Shown: in pieces, positions 25,479 to 42,274 of the stretch
How the letters are laid out: the number at the start of each line of letters is the position of its first letter
Numbering within the stretch: the first letter of the stretch is position 1
Assembly (NCBI GenBank): GCA_964016885.1
Contig: OZ024753.1
Span: forward strand, 18,972,001-19,036,000
DNA: 64,000 nucleotides
Direction of reading: 5' to 3'
Origin: Eledone cirrhosa
Lineage: Eukaryota
Translations under genes and position numbers: made by a program
Notes under the pieces: model-generated
The model's input: only the letters and a program-made list of their open reading frames with translations
What the model was told of the DNA's origin: nothing
Databases searched by the model: none

Positions 25479-27552
25479 ATTTGAATATATAACAACACTG
25501 TTTACATGGGCATATGATGGCACACTGTATGAATGAGGACCATGTGTTTTCAGATACTTCCTCCATATCATATAATCTTGCTCTCAGAATTAGGTATTTT
25601 TAAAATAACCGAAAATCTACAAGTTGCATTAACCATACCTTTAAGATTTCTAAACATGATAATGTGAAACATATAATATCACAGCAACCAGCTTATATAA
25701 CCATGTTATCGGTATTTCATTTAAGTTATGTTAAGCTTGATATGCCATTTACAAACGGTTATTAGAAAAGATAAAATAATCCTTAGAAACTGTAGTTCAT
25801 AATTTAAAATGGCCATAAACATAATATCATATGTTACAGTATGAATAAAAAGTTTGACTTTCATGTGACTAAAAATAAAGCACAACATAGGTTATCTGCT
25901 ATTTTTAGCCCAACCTCTAAATCCTTTCATTGGAAATTCGAAATCAAATTCTATTCTTGAATCTCATTGTGCTATCTCCTAAATTATATTTTTTTACGGT
26001 TTTATACAAAGTATTTCTATAACATTTCTCTTATCCAGAAATATCATTAATAGATACACCCCCACCTCACCATATTTGTAAAAGGTTAGCTGCAAGAAAT
26101 TATTTTAAGTGTACCGTCATTAGAATCACCCGTTGCTCAGTTCTTTAAATGTTTCCACCTCGTTCTGATTATCATTTCTTTTCGGATAAATGACAGGAAC
26201 CGAGCTCAGTAAATGAAAATACCCGCTATATACATTCCCTTAAAAGTAGAGCATAGTGTTTTAAAGATTATTCCCTTCGTATAGGTTTCATAGGACTGCT
26301 GGTGAATTGGGGTGGTTATTTTCAATCCATATTGCTTGTTTTGAAACATTTAATTATTTTTCTTATTCATTTGACGGCAGATTTAATTGGGGGTCACATT
26401 TTATGTTTTTAGCAACATCATAACGGAGTAGAAAGCATTAAATAAATGACATTTTAGGATCAGATGCTGGTCATAGATGTAATATATCCAACAGCAATAT
26501 CACTGGCAGATGTTTTCAATCACTATTCCGTATATTGTATGTAGGTATTGCTTATCGAGTCATATATGTATTCATGTATACATGCATGGTTATGATTTTG
26601 CATTATAGTTGTATGTATATACGTATTATTTTACGTTATGTCAACGACCGCAATATATGAGGTATTATCTGTAATGATATAGACGATAATGCAAAATGGC
26701 CAGAAATGAACAAAACTAGTTCAGAAGAAGCAAAGAGCGTAGTATGATGTTTATAGTGCTTCTATTATAAAAGCAATCAAAAACTAAATTATAAATGTAT
26801 TTTTTTAAGATTATGTATTTTTAAATTATTAAAACTCTTCCAGGGTTTACACACTTTCCTTTTATATTTACCGTGTATATATTTATTGTTATAAGAGTAA
26901 ATTGTTAAATACATATAAGCAGCGTAATTTAAAATTGATCAATTTCATTACAGATTCAGTAGCGTTGTTGATTTCAGCTTTTTAACTATAATCTATATTT
27001 GATTACATTACAAATATGTACATGGCTCAAAATAGAAACTAAGCGAAGAAATTATGTCTCTGATGATTTTGTTGTTTAACCCTAGGTCTACCCCGTTCTA
27101 ATATATTCATGATTACAAGCATTGCAATAGTGATATTCATATTCTCTGATAGAGCACCATCTATTTCGGATTGAGGTATAAAATATCTTTCATGACGGCA
27201 GATACCGGCAAAAGAATGTATAAGAAAGTAAATATTGGTGTATTAAGTATCAGGAAAATGATATTCGTTGTATAATATATTGAAAGGAATAACTAATAAA
27301 TTCAATACGGAACAAACAACAATTACTTAATTAGAAAATATAAACAACAGAATATAGTGTTCAAACACACACGTTAATTGAATTCTACCCAGCATCAAAT
27401 ATAATTCAAGGAAACATAAAAAGATTATAATCACAAAACGCTAGCTATTTCCAATTTAGAAATGATGCAAATATTGAAACACTATAAAACACAATTGAGG
27501 GGATATTCTTTAGGATGTGGACTTGCAAACATATATATATATATATATATAT

Positions 27553-27598
27553 AGGAAAATGTTTAACCCCGATGGCAGAGCTCAAGCCGTCTCGACGG

Positions 27599-27645
<47 letters not shown>

Positions 27646-27802
27646 CCCAGTGAGTGTAACGTGAAGATAGTGTAGGTTCCCCTACGTGACCACTCGATGT
27701 TTAGGTGTCGCGTGTTTTGCTATTGATCAGCTCATGGTTCGATCCGTATCGATCTGACTCGACTCTGGAATAAAGAGCTCGTCGGACCTCTGTTGTACTA
27801 CA

Positions 27803-27808
<6 letters not shown>
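27553..27808 (-). repeat. Two tiny PLE-terminus fragments between (TA)n tracts
   Basis: 27566-27600 matches the 3' half of the PLE F HHR. 27700-27790 matches 34005-34095 and 48145-48230. Confidence 0.7.
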
Positions 27809-27847
<39 letters not shown>

Positions 27848-29012
27848 ACTGAAATAAATCAATGCACACGTACGCAAGCACATATATAGAACAATGTAGA
27901 AGAAAAGAGATGGTCCGATCAGTTAGTGGATCGTGATATACTTAGGATATTGGCAGAGTTGTTAGAAGGTCGGATTGAATGTTTTGCAGTATTCGTTCCG
28001 GCACTTTCAGTTCAAATTAGGCAGAGGTTAACGCAGAGGTTAACGCAGAGGTCGATAAAAACGTCCCAGTTAAGTACTGGGGTCAATTCTCCCTCTGTAT
28101 CTCTTTCTCAATTCCTTTCTCTCACTCTCTATCTATCTCTGAAAGAAATCTACCACACTCCGATTTGGAGAGGGGAGGGTCTCCGCCAAGTTTTCAAATC
28201 CCTAAGAAACAACGCATGTCATTATGGCGCTCCTACAACGCTTGCAGGAGTTACGTGATTATTATCTTCGGTAGCAAATTTTAAATTATAAAATACATAC
28301 TTATAATACTAATGTATACTGTTTTTATTCTTCAACTCTTCAGATTTTAAGCTAGTAAATTTTACATCCTAAACTGTTCGGTAATAATCTTTTAAAAAAA
28401 CCTTCTCACAAGTTGTTGATAATTTAATAACCATGTATAGTTTTTATGGTCGAAATATTAAAATTTATTGAAATTTGATTTTCATAACTATTTGTTTTAT
28501 TTGTAAAAGACCACAATATGTATTTCTGTTGAATTTAATTCATTATATTTATTGTTTTTATATATTTGTCTCCCTAGAGGGATGAACGGAAAAGTTATGC
28601 TATAGTGAATTTCAATCTGAAACTAAAAAGAAAAGATATCAGATTAATATCGAACATTATGTAGACTGGCGTTCTACAATTTTTTGTCTTAAATTTTATT
28701 AGTAATTGCGACGTAATCATTTAAATAAATTGTTCTAAAAAATTGTTCTATTAAATTGTGCTGAAATAAAGGGAGAAATTATATTTCTTGCGATAGAAAG
28801 ATAACTTCTATGTAGATATATAATGTCTTCTATAGTTATCATTGGTTTTAATACAGTTGTATAGACAATTTGTTTAAATCTCGCACATGGCAAGAAGTTC
28901 CCAATGATATAATGAGCAAATCTTGTATGAGTTAGCCCTTTCATTTCCAATATGTAAACTCATTGTCATTTTTCAAGATTATAATGTTTATTATATATTC
29001 TGATAAATATAT

Positions 29013-29225
29013 GGCGGTGGATTGGAAGAATAGATAAAGAGTTGGACATGATGCTTTGTGGCTTATAATTACGTTCCCTTACGTTCTTATTTGAAATCTC
29101 GCAGAGATTAATTTTGCATTTCATCCTTACAGGACCGATAAAATAAAGTACCAGGAATGCACTGGGGTTGAAAAAAAAAGTATGTGGCCCAAACCCAAGA
29201 ACAAATCGTTGGCTTTGTACCTAAA
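29013..29225 (+). mobile_element. SINE family 1, diverged
   Basis: GGCGGTGGATTGG head and core remnants. Confidence 0.7.
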
Positions 29226-30260
29226 TCAGAAACCATTATTTTACTCATGTTACAATAATATACGAGTGTTTGCTAAGTTTAGAGTAAAGCCCTACATGAT
29301 CATATATACAAGCAGAAGAGCCACCCCTGGACGGTTTTCTGTTAGAATATGTGGTGGGCATACTGATATTATACGCACATATATATGCATATAGATATGA
29401 CATGCAAATTGAAAATTAAATTGACAATGTGCTCATAAATTGAACAAAGACTGTGTTACACGTTCTTCTATAATCAGAAAAGTTATCCATGATACATTTA
29501 AAAGAGGCGATAATAAATATGGAAGAGTGAGGAGACGTTAACGGCAAATGTTCTGGAAAACATATTTATATAAAAGATTTATGATATAGCGATGAAAATA
29601 TAGCGAGGAAAATATTATATATAAACGGCATTACGGAGATATGTTAAGATATGAAGATTAATGGAAGTGTTGACATTTGAAAGTTTGAACAGAAGGGAAT
29701 CTTGAAATAAGTATTACATTATATATAAGATTATTTATCCGTGCTAAAAGTAGAAACAATTATTTATGTTTAATCAAGAACTAAGAAAATTAGTAGATAA
29801 ATTACATAATATTCATTTATGATTTATTCAAAATAATACAACTTATATTAAACTGGACACAGTCTCGCAGTTCTTCAATTTATAAATTCCTCTATATAAA
29901 TATGCATGTACAAGTCTTTGTATATATGAATTATGTGTATACTTATCGGTACGGGTGTGTGTTATCGTATATGCGTGAGTGAATAGCATTATTGAAGACA
30001 ATGCAGTTTTATAGTTGAGGTCGGTGTTGTTCCTATGTACCTCTTAGTTCTGTCATTTATTTCAGCGTGTCCCTATTATTGCTACTATTAAATCTCAGCT
30101 AGCAATATGAGTATTTTCCTTCATAAACTATCAACTGGATTACTTAAAAAATTAGGCAACGCTAGATATTATCAATCCATCTGTCGGTGTAAAATCCAAG
30201 GTAATTCCTGAGCGAAGGGGATCTCTTACATATATAGACACACTCACATATATATATATA

Positions 30261-30309
<49 letters not shown>

Positions 30310-30458
30310 GCAGAAGGGATAATTAATTTGTTGGAAATTCAACAAATATAAATGTTTATAACTGATTCAGAGCACTCGACAGTTTTCTGGAGTAAATATT
30401 CAGTGATCTTAAATAAATGGAAACTATATTTATGAAACAATATATATATATATATATA

Positions 30459-31776
30459 GCTGAATCAATGGCCGAGCTAGAGAAGAAATTCCAAACATGG
30501 AAGCACGGCCTAGAAACAAAAGGCCTTAAAATTAACCTGGCTAAGACTAAAGTTCTAGTTTGTAGGAAAGAAAATAAGGCGCCGGTCCCTTCCGGGAAAT
30601 GACCATGCTCAGTGTGTAGGAAAGGAGTAGGTAGAAACTCCATTTTATGTCCCAAATGCAAAGTATGGGTGCATAAAAGTTGTAGTGGGATCACAGGTAA
30701 GCTAACTAAGAACATAGATTTTATATGTCGCCGGTGCACTGGTGCAATAAGTAGCAGCAAGTGCCCAAAAAATACTAGCTCTTTCAATTGCGCAGAGAGT
30801 TCTATAGAAATAGTGGACAGCTTCCGTTACCAGGGTGACAAAATCAGCAGTGGGGGAGGGTGCTCTGAAAGTACAGTAGCTAGAGTCAGAACTGGATGGA
30901 AAAAGTTCAGAGAGCTTATATCACTATTAGCCGCTAAAGGGTTCTCCCTAAAAATGAAAGGCAGGCTGTATGATGCCTGCATACGAACAGCAATGTTGCA
31001 TGGCAGTGAGACCTGGGCATAGTGTGCAGAGGATATACGCAGACTAGAGAGAAACGAAGCTTGCATGCTCCGCTTGATGTGTAATAGTAATATACGTGAA
31101 CGGCAAAGCATAAACGAACTAAGGAAAAAATTAGAAATAAGAGGGATCAGATGTTGTTTACTCGAGAGAAGGCTACGTTGGTATGGTCAAGTGATGCGCA
31201 TGAAAGACGACAGCTGTATAGCAAAGTGCAGGGCAATAAAGATAGACGGTAGCTACGGAGTAGGCAGACCCAGAAAAACCTGGGACGAGCTGATAAGTTC
31301 CGACCTCACACACTTACACCTCTCCAAGACAATGTCACTGGACCGAGACCTTTGGCGGTACTCAGTAATAGAGAAGACCCGCCTTACCTAAATACAAAGT
31401 AAAACGTACTACAGTCAGTAGACATCTCTAACAAAATACACCCCCCCCCCCCACCCCATCCACACGGCCCCTTTCAATGTAAAGTTATGTTGGTGCCACA
31501 ACATCCAGGCCGAAACAAATGAGATCGTGTAGGTGTCACGACAAAAAAACACACAGTCCACGCTGTAATGTGGCCTTGTAGGCAACACGGTAAAAACCTC
31601 CCAGCCCCACACTGTAAATGTGGTTGGTGTTAGGAAGGGCATCCAGCTGTAGAAAACCCGCCAGACAGTCCTATGCGAGCAAGACAATCACTCTTGCCTC
31701 AAGTGGGAAAACTCCCGTCCAAACCCATGCAAGCGTGGAACACGGACGTTAAGCGATGATGATGATGATGATGATG
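30459..31776 (+). mobile_element. 5'-truncated RTE-clade LINE with a PHD-like finger and (GAT)n tail
   Basis: GLKINLAKTKV, CSVCRKGVGRNSILCPKCKVWVHKSC..FICRRC, AMLHGSETW, RRLRWYGQV, GRPRKTW. Tail at 31755-31776. Confidence 0.9.
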
Positions 31777-32538
31777 CTAATATTGGTATACTTGGGGAGG
31801 GTCATATTGTTGTAATAATATTGCCAGAAATAATAACAGAATACACTTATATATATATTTTGTTTTTAAATAACAGATTAAAGTTTAAGCAAATGATCGC
31901 TGCTTTCACCCTTAACAGGATCTTCTCATTCGTATAATATTATTATATTATAATATCATATTATAATATATATTAATATTATTATTACTATATATATATA
32001 TATATATATATATTTATTTATTTAAGTTAACGAGATATCTTTTAAGGTAATCCAATTAGAGTTTATAAGTAATCTGTACAGTGTAGGATTCTAACGTTCG
32101 GCGTTGTTTGACTCTACAAGATGTCTACTTAGTTGTGGTGTTCGGGTGGCCAATTCGAGACAGTTCCTAGGGAAGCGGTTACTGGAGTATTAATAAAGGA
32201 GTGAAGAATAACATGGATCAGCTATACAGTAGGGTTTATTCCAAGTATTAACATATGTTTCAATGGCCTGGTGTGTTACCCTACATCTCCACCTCTACCC
32301 ATTAAGCATCTATTTTTCAAAACCTCTCCCATCCTAATTCTCCGTCTGTTACCATTTTCTTTATTGTGTCATCCCATTGTGTTATCCCATTGTACTACAC
32401 TGTCCAATTGCTGTGTCCTCACTAGATACTTCCTGTCTTTATTTCTACATCTACCGGTATTTTTATTCATATTTTTATCTTTATTTTTATCGTTATCTTA
32501 TTGATTTCAAACCACTTTTTTTCATATTATTATTATTA

Positions 32539-32790
32539 TAGAGAGTCGGACACAATGCTTTGAAGCATAGTTACGTCCCTTTACGGTCTGAGATCAAATC
32601 CCGCCGAGGTTATTTTTGCGTTTCATCCCTACGGGGTCGATAAAATAAAGTACCAGTAATACACTGGGTAATTGCTGGCCTTGTGCCAAAAGAAGAAACA
32701 TTTATTATTTCATGTCGATAAAATAAATTACCAGTAATACACTGGGGTATTTGCTGGCCGTATGCCAAAAGTAGAAACAATTATTATTAT
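32539..32790 (+). mobile_element. SINE family 1 with a duplicated 3' end
   Basis: B box, core and two tails. Confidence 0.82.
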
Positions 32791-33044
32791 TTAATGTCAT
32801 TATCCTAATATCCTCCATCACTGTAAACTGTAATTGAAATCCAGTGCCGCGCCACACCGCGGATAGCGGTTTTTAGAGAAACCGGAACAATGAAACATTT
32901 GTAAATAATTGGAATAACCCCTACTATAAAGCTGATCAGTGTTATTTTCTTCACTAAGTAAGTGACATAGTCGCTACTTTAAACCTAATAGCGTATGGTC
33001 TTCTAAATGTTTTTAATTAAACATACGGTATATTGCCAAATATG

Positions 33045-33151
33045 CTATACATACATTCATACATATATATTCCCATCGGATATATACATACATTCATACA
33101 TATATATTCCCATCGGATATATACATACATTCATACATATATATTCCCATC
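33045..33151. repeat. Three tandem 34-bp repeats
   Basis: ATACATACATTCATACATATATATTCCCATC three times. Confidence 0.85.
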
Positions 33152-33664
33152 TCAATTCTACCTTTTAAAAGCATAAGAACTGCGAAACCGGTAAAGGAAC
33201 CAAATAAATATTCTTTTATTTTCGATTTCATCTGTTTTCCTTATACTTTCCCTCGTGTAGGACATCTGTTTTTTTTTTTTTCATTTTGAAAAAAAAACAC
33301 ATTTTCTGTTGTATATATATATATGTATATATACAGTATATAAAATATATATAGAGAGAGTGATAAAAGACAACAAATAACGACATTTCGCGAGAAATTA
33401 AGCTCTGAGCTAAAATGGAAAGATCTATGAAAATAAAAATAGGAAAGTACTTCTTCTGCAAGCAGCTGCAAGAGCGAAATAATTTATTTTGTAAGAATAA
33501 ATTATACAATATATGTCACCATTCTCTGCGTTTCCTATTGTAACACTTCTCCCTAACCGCCACACTAATATAACAAACGATTTATATACACATACGCATA
33601 TTTGTATCTATATCAGATATATATACATACATATATATATATACACACACATATATGTATATAT

Positions 33665-33712
<48 letters not shown>

Positions 33713-33751
33713 AAGAACACAAGAGCGTCTACAACATCAAAAGATTTTCAT

Positions 33752-33802
33752 TGGCTAACAACGTTTCTTCCTTACGTGTAACCGTAGGATTCGTCGGAGC
33801 TA
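33752..33802 (-). ncRNA. Decayed hammerhead motif
   Basis: AGCT-CCGACGA-ATCCTACG..CGTAAGGAA-GAAA-CGTTG-TT-AGCC (U4 mutated). Confidence 0.5.
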
Positions 33803-33957
33803 TAAAAGGGGTTTGATTGGTGTTATGGACTCTACCGACCAAACACTCAAGAACAAAGAGTAAAGAGAGTAAAGAGCAAAAGTAGGGGACGATAAGTCTA
33901 ATTTTGGTGCGGAAGGGTGGGGTGTGGGTCCTTGTTTACTAGCTATATATATATATT

Positions 33958-36960
<3,003 letters not shown>

Positions 36961-37120
36961 CTGTTTGTTTGTTTACAAACAAACAAACCGAGCATTATAA
37001 TAGATGTTCGGTAAACCGATACGTGCATATATATATATATGTGCATGTATGTCTATATATACATACTACTGTACGTCTGTATACATATATGTATGTACGT
37101 ATACATACATACATACTTAC

Positions 37121-37201
<81 letters not shown>

Positions 37202-37322
37202 CATATATATATATATTATATATACATATAGACTTCTCTACCAAGAACATCCCAATCCCACCGAAAAAACTTTACCTTCGGATGCTAACGCCAAAAATCG
37301 ATCTATTTGCGAAAAGACTTAG

Positions 37323-38681
37323 ATGGAGAACTTTTTTCTACGACAGATTTGCGACAATCAGGACTTCGGCACCAAGGAGAGATTCGGATTTACTACAATA
37401 TCCCCCCCCCCCCCGAACCCTTTGCTCTCACCCTTCGAGAATGAACTCTTCCAACTGGTCAAGCACATTAAATTCAGACCCAGACACAACCGATTCCTAC
37501 AAAAACTCCGTAGCAAATTAACAGAGTATGATAACACCAATGACATCATGGTGCATTCGGATAAAACTGGGAACCTATACTTTGTCAACCCTGACAGATA
37601 CCACACACTGATCAGGAGCAGCCTAAACTCCACCTATAAAAAGGCCAATCACTCATGCATCGAGGACATAAATCGAGATGGACAACAAATTACCTCCAGC
37701 CTCGGGGTCGCCGACCGCACGGAACCCCTAGACCCACGGACACCCTACTTCACACTGAAGGACCACAAATCCGATTTCGACCGTAAAACCACTATGAGGC
37801 TTATTAACTCAACGAAGTCCGACATAGGGAGAATCAGCAAACAAATCCTAGACCGCGTGATACCAAAGGTCAAGCAACACGCCCGACTTAGCCTATGGAT
37901 CAACACACAGGAAGTAATCTCATGGTTCAGCAATATGGAGGATAAACGAGACACTAGATTCATCCAGTTTGACATAGAGAGCTACTATACTTCAATCACC
38001 TTACCGCTACTTACTGCTGCCTTGGACTTCGCCGAAGCACTTGTGCCTATCACCGACCAGCAAAGAAAAATCATCCTCCACGCCAGGAAGACATTCTTAC
38101 TCTTTGACAACTCCAAATGGATAAAAAGAGCTCCCGACTCACCCTTTGACGTCAGCATGGGCGCGACGGGTTCGGCGGAGGTCACAGATCTTATAGGATT
38201 ATTCCTAATAGCCAAACTCACCGATATGTTTCCTGCATTCGGTGGTGGATTGTACCGTGATGATGGGCTCCTTACCCTTAAAGGGTACAACCCCAGTAGT
38301 ACAGATCGGGTCCGGAAACAATTAATCAGCTTCTTCCGCGACTGGGGATTTAAAATAACCCTACAAACGTACCTGACCCGAGTAAACTTCCTGGACGTTG
38401 CCCTCGACCTCGATAACGATCTGTACTACCCATACAGGATACCTAATGACAACCTGCACTACATCCACCGCCGATCAAACCATCCTAGGAACATCACCAA
38501 CAACCTGGTCAAAAACATCTCCCTCCGCATATCCCGTTTGTCAGCTATGAGCAGTTATTCGATGAACATGCGCCTTATTACAACCAGGCCCTCAAGCGGA
38601 GTGGTTTCCGGGAGGAAATATCCTACTGTCCAGCTCCCATTAGCGGAACCAGCAGGCGACACCGCCGCTCAAGCAATGTAA
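37323..38681 (+). CDS. PLE reverse transcriptase (frameshifts near 37335 and 38548)
   Basis: [52 protein letters not shown]. Confidence 0.92.
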   Translation: MENFFLRQICDNQDFGTKERFGFTTISPPPPNPLLSPFENELFQLVKHIKFRPRHNRFLQKLRSKLTEYDNTNDIMVHSDKTGNLYFVNPDRYHTLIRSSLNSTYKKANHSCIEDINRDGQQITSSLGVADRTEPLDPRTPYFTLKDHKSDFDRKTTMRLINSTKSDIGRISKQILDRVIPKVKQHARLSLWINTQEVISWFSNMEDKRDTRFIQFDIESYYTSITLPLLTAALDFAEALVPITDQQRKIILHARKTFLLFDNSKWIKRAPDSPFDVSMGATGSAEVTDLIGLFLIAKLTDMFPAFGGGLYRDDGLLTLKGYNPSSTDRVRKQLISFFRDWGFKITLQTYLTRVNFLDVALDLDNDLYYPYRIPNDNLHYIHRRSNHPRNITNNLVKNISLRISRLSAMSSYSMNMRLITTRPSSGVVSGRKYPTVQLPLAEPAGDTAAQAM

Positions 38682-38683
38682 CA

Positions 38684-39367
38684 TTGTTCAATCCTCCCCA
38701 CAACGCAGAGGTGACAACTCCCATCGGGAAAATATTCTTTAGGCTCATTGAAAAACACTTCCCACTACAACACCGCTACCACAACATAATTAACAAAAAT
38801 ACCATCAAACTCTCTTACAGCACTACACCAAACTTCGCACAAAACATCGTCTCCTCCAACAACAAAAAACTCAATCCCGATGGAAGAAATAACCTAAATA
38901 GCAGTGGAGAGCCGACCAGGAGGTGCAACTGTCCTGATAGATCCATTTGCCCCCTCGACAACAGATACAGAGACCGTAATGTGATCTACCAGTGCAACAT
39001 GAGGACGGACACCTCCAACAAAGCTTATATAGGATTAACCGCATGTGACTTCAAGTCCCGGCTAGACCAACACAGACATACCTTCCGAAACCCGACCCGG
39101 CATCACGCCACTACACTTTCGGGCCACATATGGGACCTCAAGGACAACAACATCACCTATGATCTCACTTGGAGAATACTGTCCACAGCCAACTCTTACA
39201 CGGGAGGACGCCGTCCGTGCAATTTATGCTCGGAGGAAACTTTACAAATGTTGTTTTCGACGGATCAACTCCTAAACAAGAAAGATGAACTGGTTACTGC
39301 ATGTAAACACAGATTGCGTAGGACATACCTCGCCCTCAAACCCCATAATGACCCGGGGGGGGGGTAG
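38684..39367 (+). CDS. PLE linker + GIY-YIG endonuclease
   Basis: FNPP, KHFP, CNC..CPL, VIYQC...AYIGLT..FKSR, CNLCSEE. Confidence 0.9.
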   Translation: MFNPPHNAEVTTPIGKIFFRLIEKHFPLQHRYHNIINKNTIKLSYSTTPNFAQNIVSSNNKKLNPDGRNNLNSSGEPTRRCNCPDRSICPLDNRYRDRNVIYQCNMRTDTSNKAYIGLTACDFKSRLDQHRHTFRNPTRHHATTLSGHIWDLKDNNITYDLTWRILSTANSYTGGRRPCNLCSEETLQMLFSTDQLLNKKDELVTACKHRLRRTYLALKPHNDPGGG

Positions 39368-40138
39368 ACTAGGGCTATAACACCCCACTTGCCGATTTTG
39401 TAATGGGTAACCCCTGCTTGCCAAGGGAGACGTAAGATCTTCTTTTATTCTTTTGTCGCTTCCTCTATATTTCCTTCTTCCCCCGATCACTCCCTAGTCC
39501 TTCTACCCCAGTTCTTTTTCTTTGTCGGCGTCTTTTTCTCGCCCACCCGAGGCAGCCCCTCGGCCCCTTGTAGCCTCAGTACCCCCACCCCTCCCCTATT
39601 CTATGATAGATTTGGCGGACTCCGCTTTTTATAGCAGTTGTGTTAGACCTCGGACACTTGACCCCTTATCCCACCGCTGCACCTTTTTTTTTCGTGCCTT
39701 CTATATTTCTTAGTGGCATCTTTGCTTTAATTTCTCGTTTATTCCTTATTTCCCACTTCTCTTTTCTTTTGGGCGGGGGGGATTCTGATTTAATTTTCCA
39801 TATTTTACTTTTACTTTGTACGAACTTTCATGTAGCTTGTAAAAGAACTTTTGTAGCGTGGCGGTACCCTTTGAGTTAGCATTAGTATATTTTTTTCGGG
39901 ACTCTGAATTATTATTTCGTACTAGTATACTTTTCTGCACTGGGTGGTTGCTGGCCTTGTGCCTGGGGTAGTAAACCTTTATTAATTATTTCGTGGTAGT
40001 TTCTTTAGTATTTGCCCCCCCCCCCCTTTGTTGACCCGTTACCGTAAGATATACGTACTTATACCTCTTAAAAGGGTCCCTTCTTTTACCGTCCCACCTA
40101 GTTTATTTATTTATTTATTTTTTTTTTATTTATTATTT

Positions 40139-40169
<31 letters not shown>

Positions 40170-40518
40170 TATATTTAGCCTAGCAAGAGCGAGAGACTTA
40201 GGTCGTAGAAATTGCTTATTTTTTTCTTTACATTTATTCGCTTTTTACCACTCTCAGAATTTTTTTTATAGATGTTTACCCTTCATTGTTCTACATAACG
40301 TTTCGACTTCCTCCCCCTCCCTCTCCCTAGTATCTTCTTTGACCTCACGCCCAGCTGTAGCCGGCACTACCAACGCATGAATGGGTCTACTCCACCACCT
40401 CCCCTTTTTCTCCTATTGGCAGGTTTAGCTACCCCTTCCCCCACTAATTTGCCATCACTGAATTACTACTAACTTGTGACCAATCCTTGTGACAATCACT
40501 TTGACCATATATGGAATT

Positions 40519-40612
40519 ACCCCTTGAGAAGCTCGGCTATTTAAATACCAGGATAAATTTTCATTTAGTCCAGAATTAGCCGTCGAAACGGCTTGAGCTC
40601 AGCCGTCAGGGT
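40519..40612 (+). ncRNA. Hammerhead ribozyme, U3:A8 core variant with extended stems II and III
   Basis: ACCCC-TTGAGAA-G..CGGCTA...TAGCCG.C-GAAA-CGGCT tgagctc AGCCG-TC-(A/G)GGGT. Confidence 0.8.
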
Positions 40613-40714
40613 CTTACTGGTTCCTATTACCCACTCTACTACCCTAAGTATTGAGTACTTTGGTGCGTTATGGTCCACCTAGTTCCTTACCACATTTCCT
40701 TCGTTATATATATA

Positions 40715-40796
<82 letters not shown>

Positions 40797-40924
40797 TATA
40801 TATACATATATATATATACATACATATATGCACATACATATATATATATCTATATACATAATATATATACATTCATATATATATACATATATATATATGT
40901 ATATACATATATATACATATATAT

Positions 40925-41083
40925 ATATATAACGAAGGAAATGGGGTAAGGAACCAGGTGGACCATAACGCACCAAAGTACTCAATACTTAGGGTAGTAG
41001 AGTGGGTAATAGGAACCAGTAAGACCCCGACGGCTGAGCTCAAGCCGTTTCGACGGCTAATTCTGGACTAAATGAAAATTATC
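40925..41083 (-). repeat. Inverted copy of the PLE F terminus
   Basis: Reverse complement of about 40552-40712. Confidence 0.9.
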
Positions 41084-41722
41084 AACAGTAGTGTTGATCA
41101 TATATTTTTTTTAATTTTTAAATCGTAATGTAATGCTTAGAAGTATTTTTCTTAGAGCTTAATATTTGTAACTGACTACTAAACTGAAATTATCTGCTCC
41201 TTCGGTTGAGCTGAATTCATAATCACATATTCACGGCTGTTATTTCTAGCGCCATGGATATGAGCCAGAATGCTGAGAAGGTCGTGTGCAAAAGCACATG
41301 TATTAGGCTTGCGACAGATCAGTCTTAAAATATTATCTCAGGAGAAGTGATTTTAATTTGTGGGTGCCTACCGAAGTACACAGAAAATTGATTACTTCAC
41401 TAATAACTATTTTATAAATAGGTGTTCCGTAATTAATTAATTATTTCATCAGTATAACATCCCTTGTGAAACAGGTTTATGTTTTGAAGTTCCGCCCTAT
41501 CTGCTGAAAATGTTTGAATTTGGAAATTTAAACTTGTCTAGGCACCGGGCAGTTGCCATATTACGTCTGTAAGTATAGATTTAATATTTAAAATTCTCTA
41601 GATCGATACAGACGGACTATATGTACTTGAATTAAGGTATTTATATCTGGCTAAAAAATTATTGTCATTTTGCAAAAAAAACACAGTAGTGTTGATCATA
41701 TATTTTTTAATTTTTAAATTGT

Positions 41723-41811
41723 AATATATATATATATATATACTTTTATATATATATATATATGTATATACATATATATACTTTTATATATATATATACA
41801 TATATATATAT

Positions 41812-41864
<53 letters not shown>

Positions 41865-41903
41865 CTTTTATATATATATATGTATATACATATATATACA
41901 TAC

Positions 41904-41938
<35 letters not shown>

Positions 41939-42021
41939 CATACATATATATATATACATATATATATACACATATATATATATATATACACATATATATA
42001 CACACACATATATATATATAT

Positions 42022-42094
<73 letters not shown>

Positions 42095-42201
42095 TATATA
42101 GACATATAAATATGAATATACAAACATATATATATATATACACACATATATATATATACACTTATATATATATACATATGTATATATATATATATATATA
42201 T

Positions 42202-42260
<59 letters not shown>

Positions 42261-42270
42261 TATATATATC
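41723..42270. repeat. (TA)n/(TACA) compound microsatellite
   Basis: Direct reading. Confidence 0.95.
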
Positions 42271-42274
42271 TCTC

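Larger units (their letters stand above)
37225..40712 (+). mobile_element. Near full-length Penelope-like element F
   Basis: N-terminus [14 protein letters not shown] and GIY-YIG, a 1.3-kb 3' UTR with an HHR, and (TA)n on both sides. Confidence 0.93.

Noticed and set aside
37323-38681. Retron, group II intron or telomerase RT
   Set aside because: The motifs and the C-terminal GIY-YIG domain identify a Penelope-like element.
41410-41460. HHR-like CTGATGA on the minus strand, inside a ~600-bp segment bounded by short direct repeats
   Set aside because: GAAA and stem I are degenerate, so it is too weak to call.
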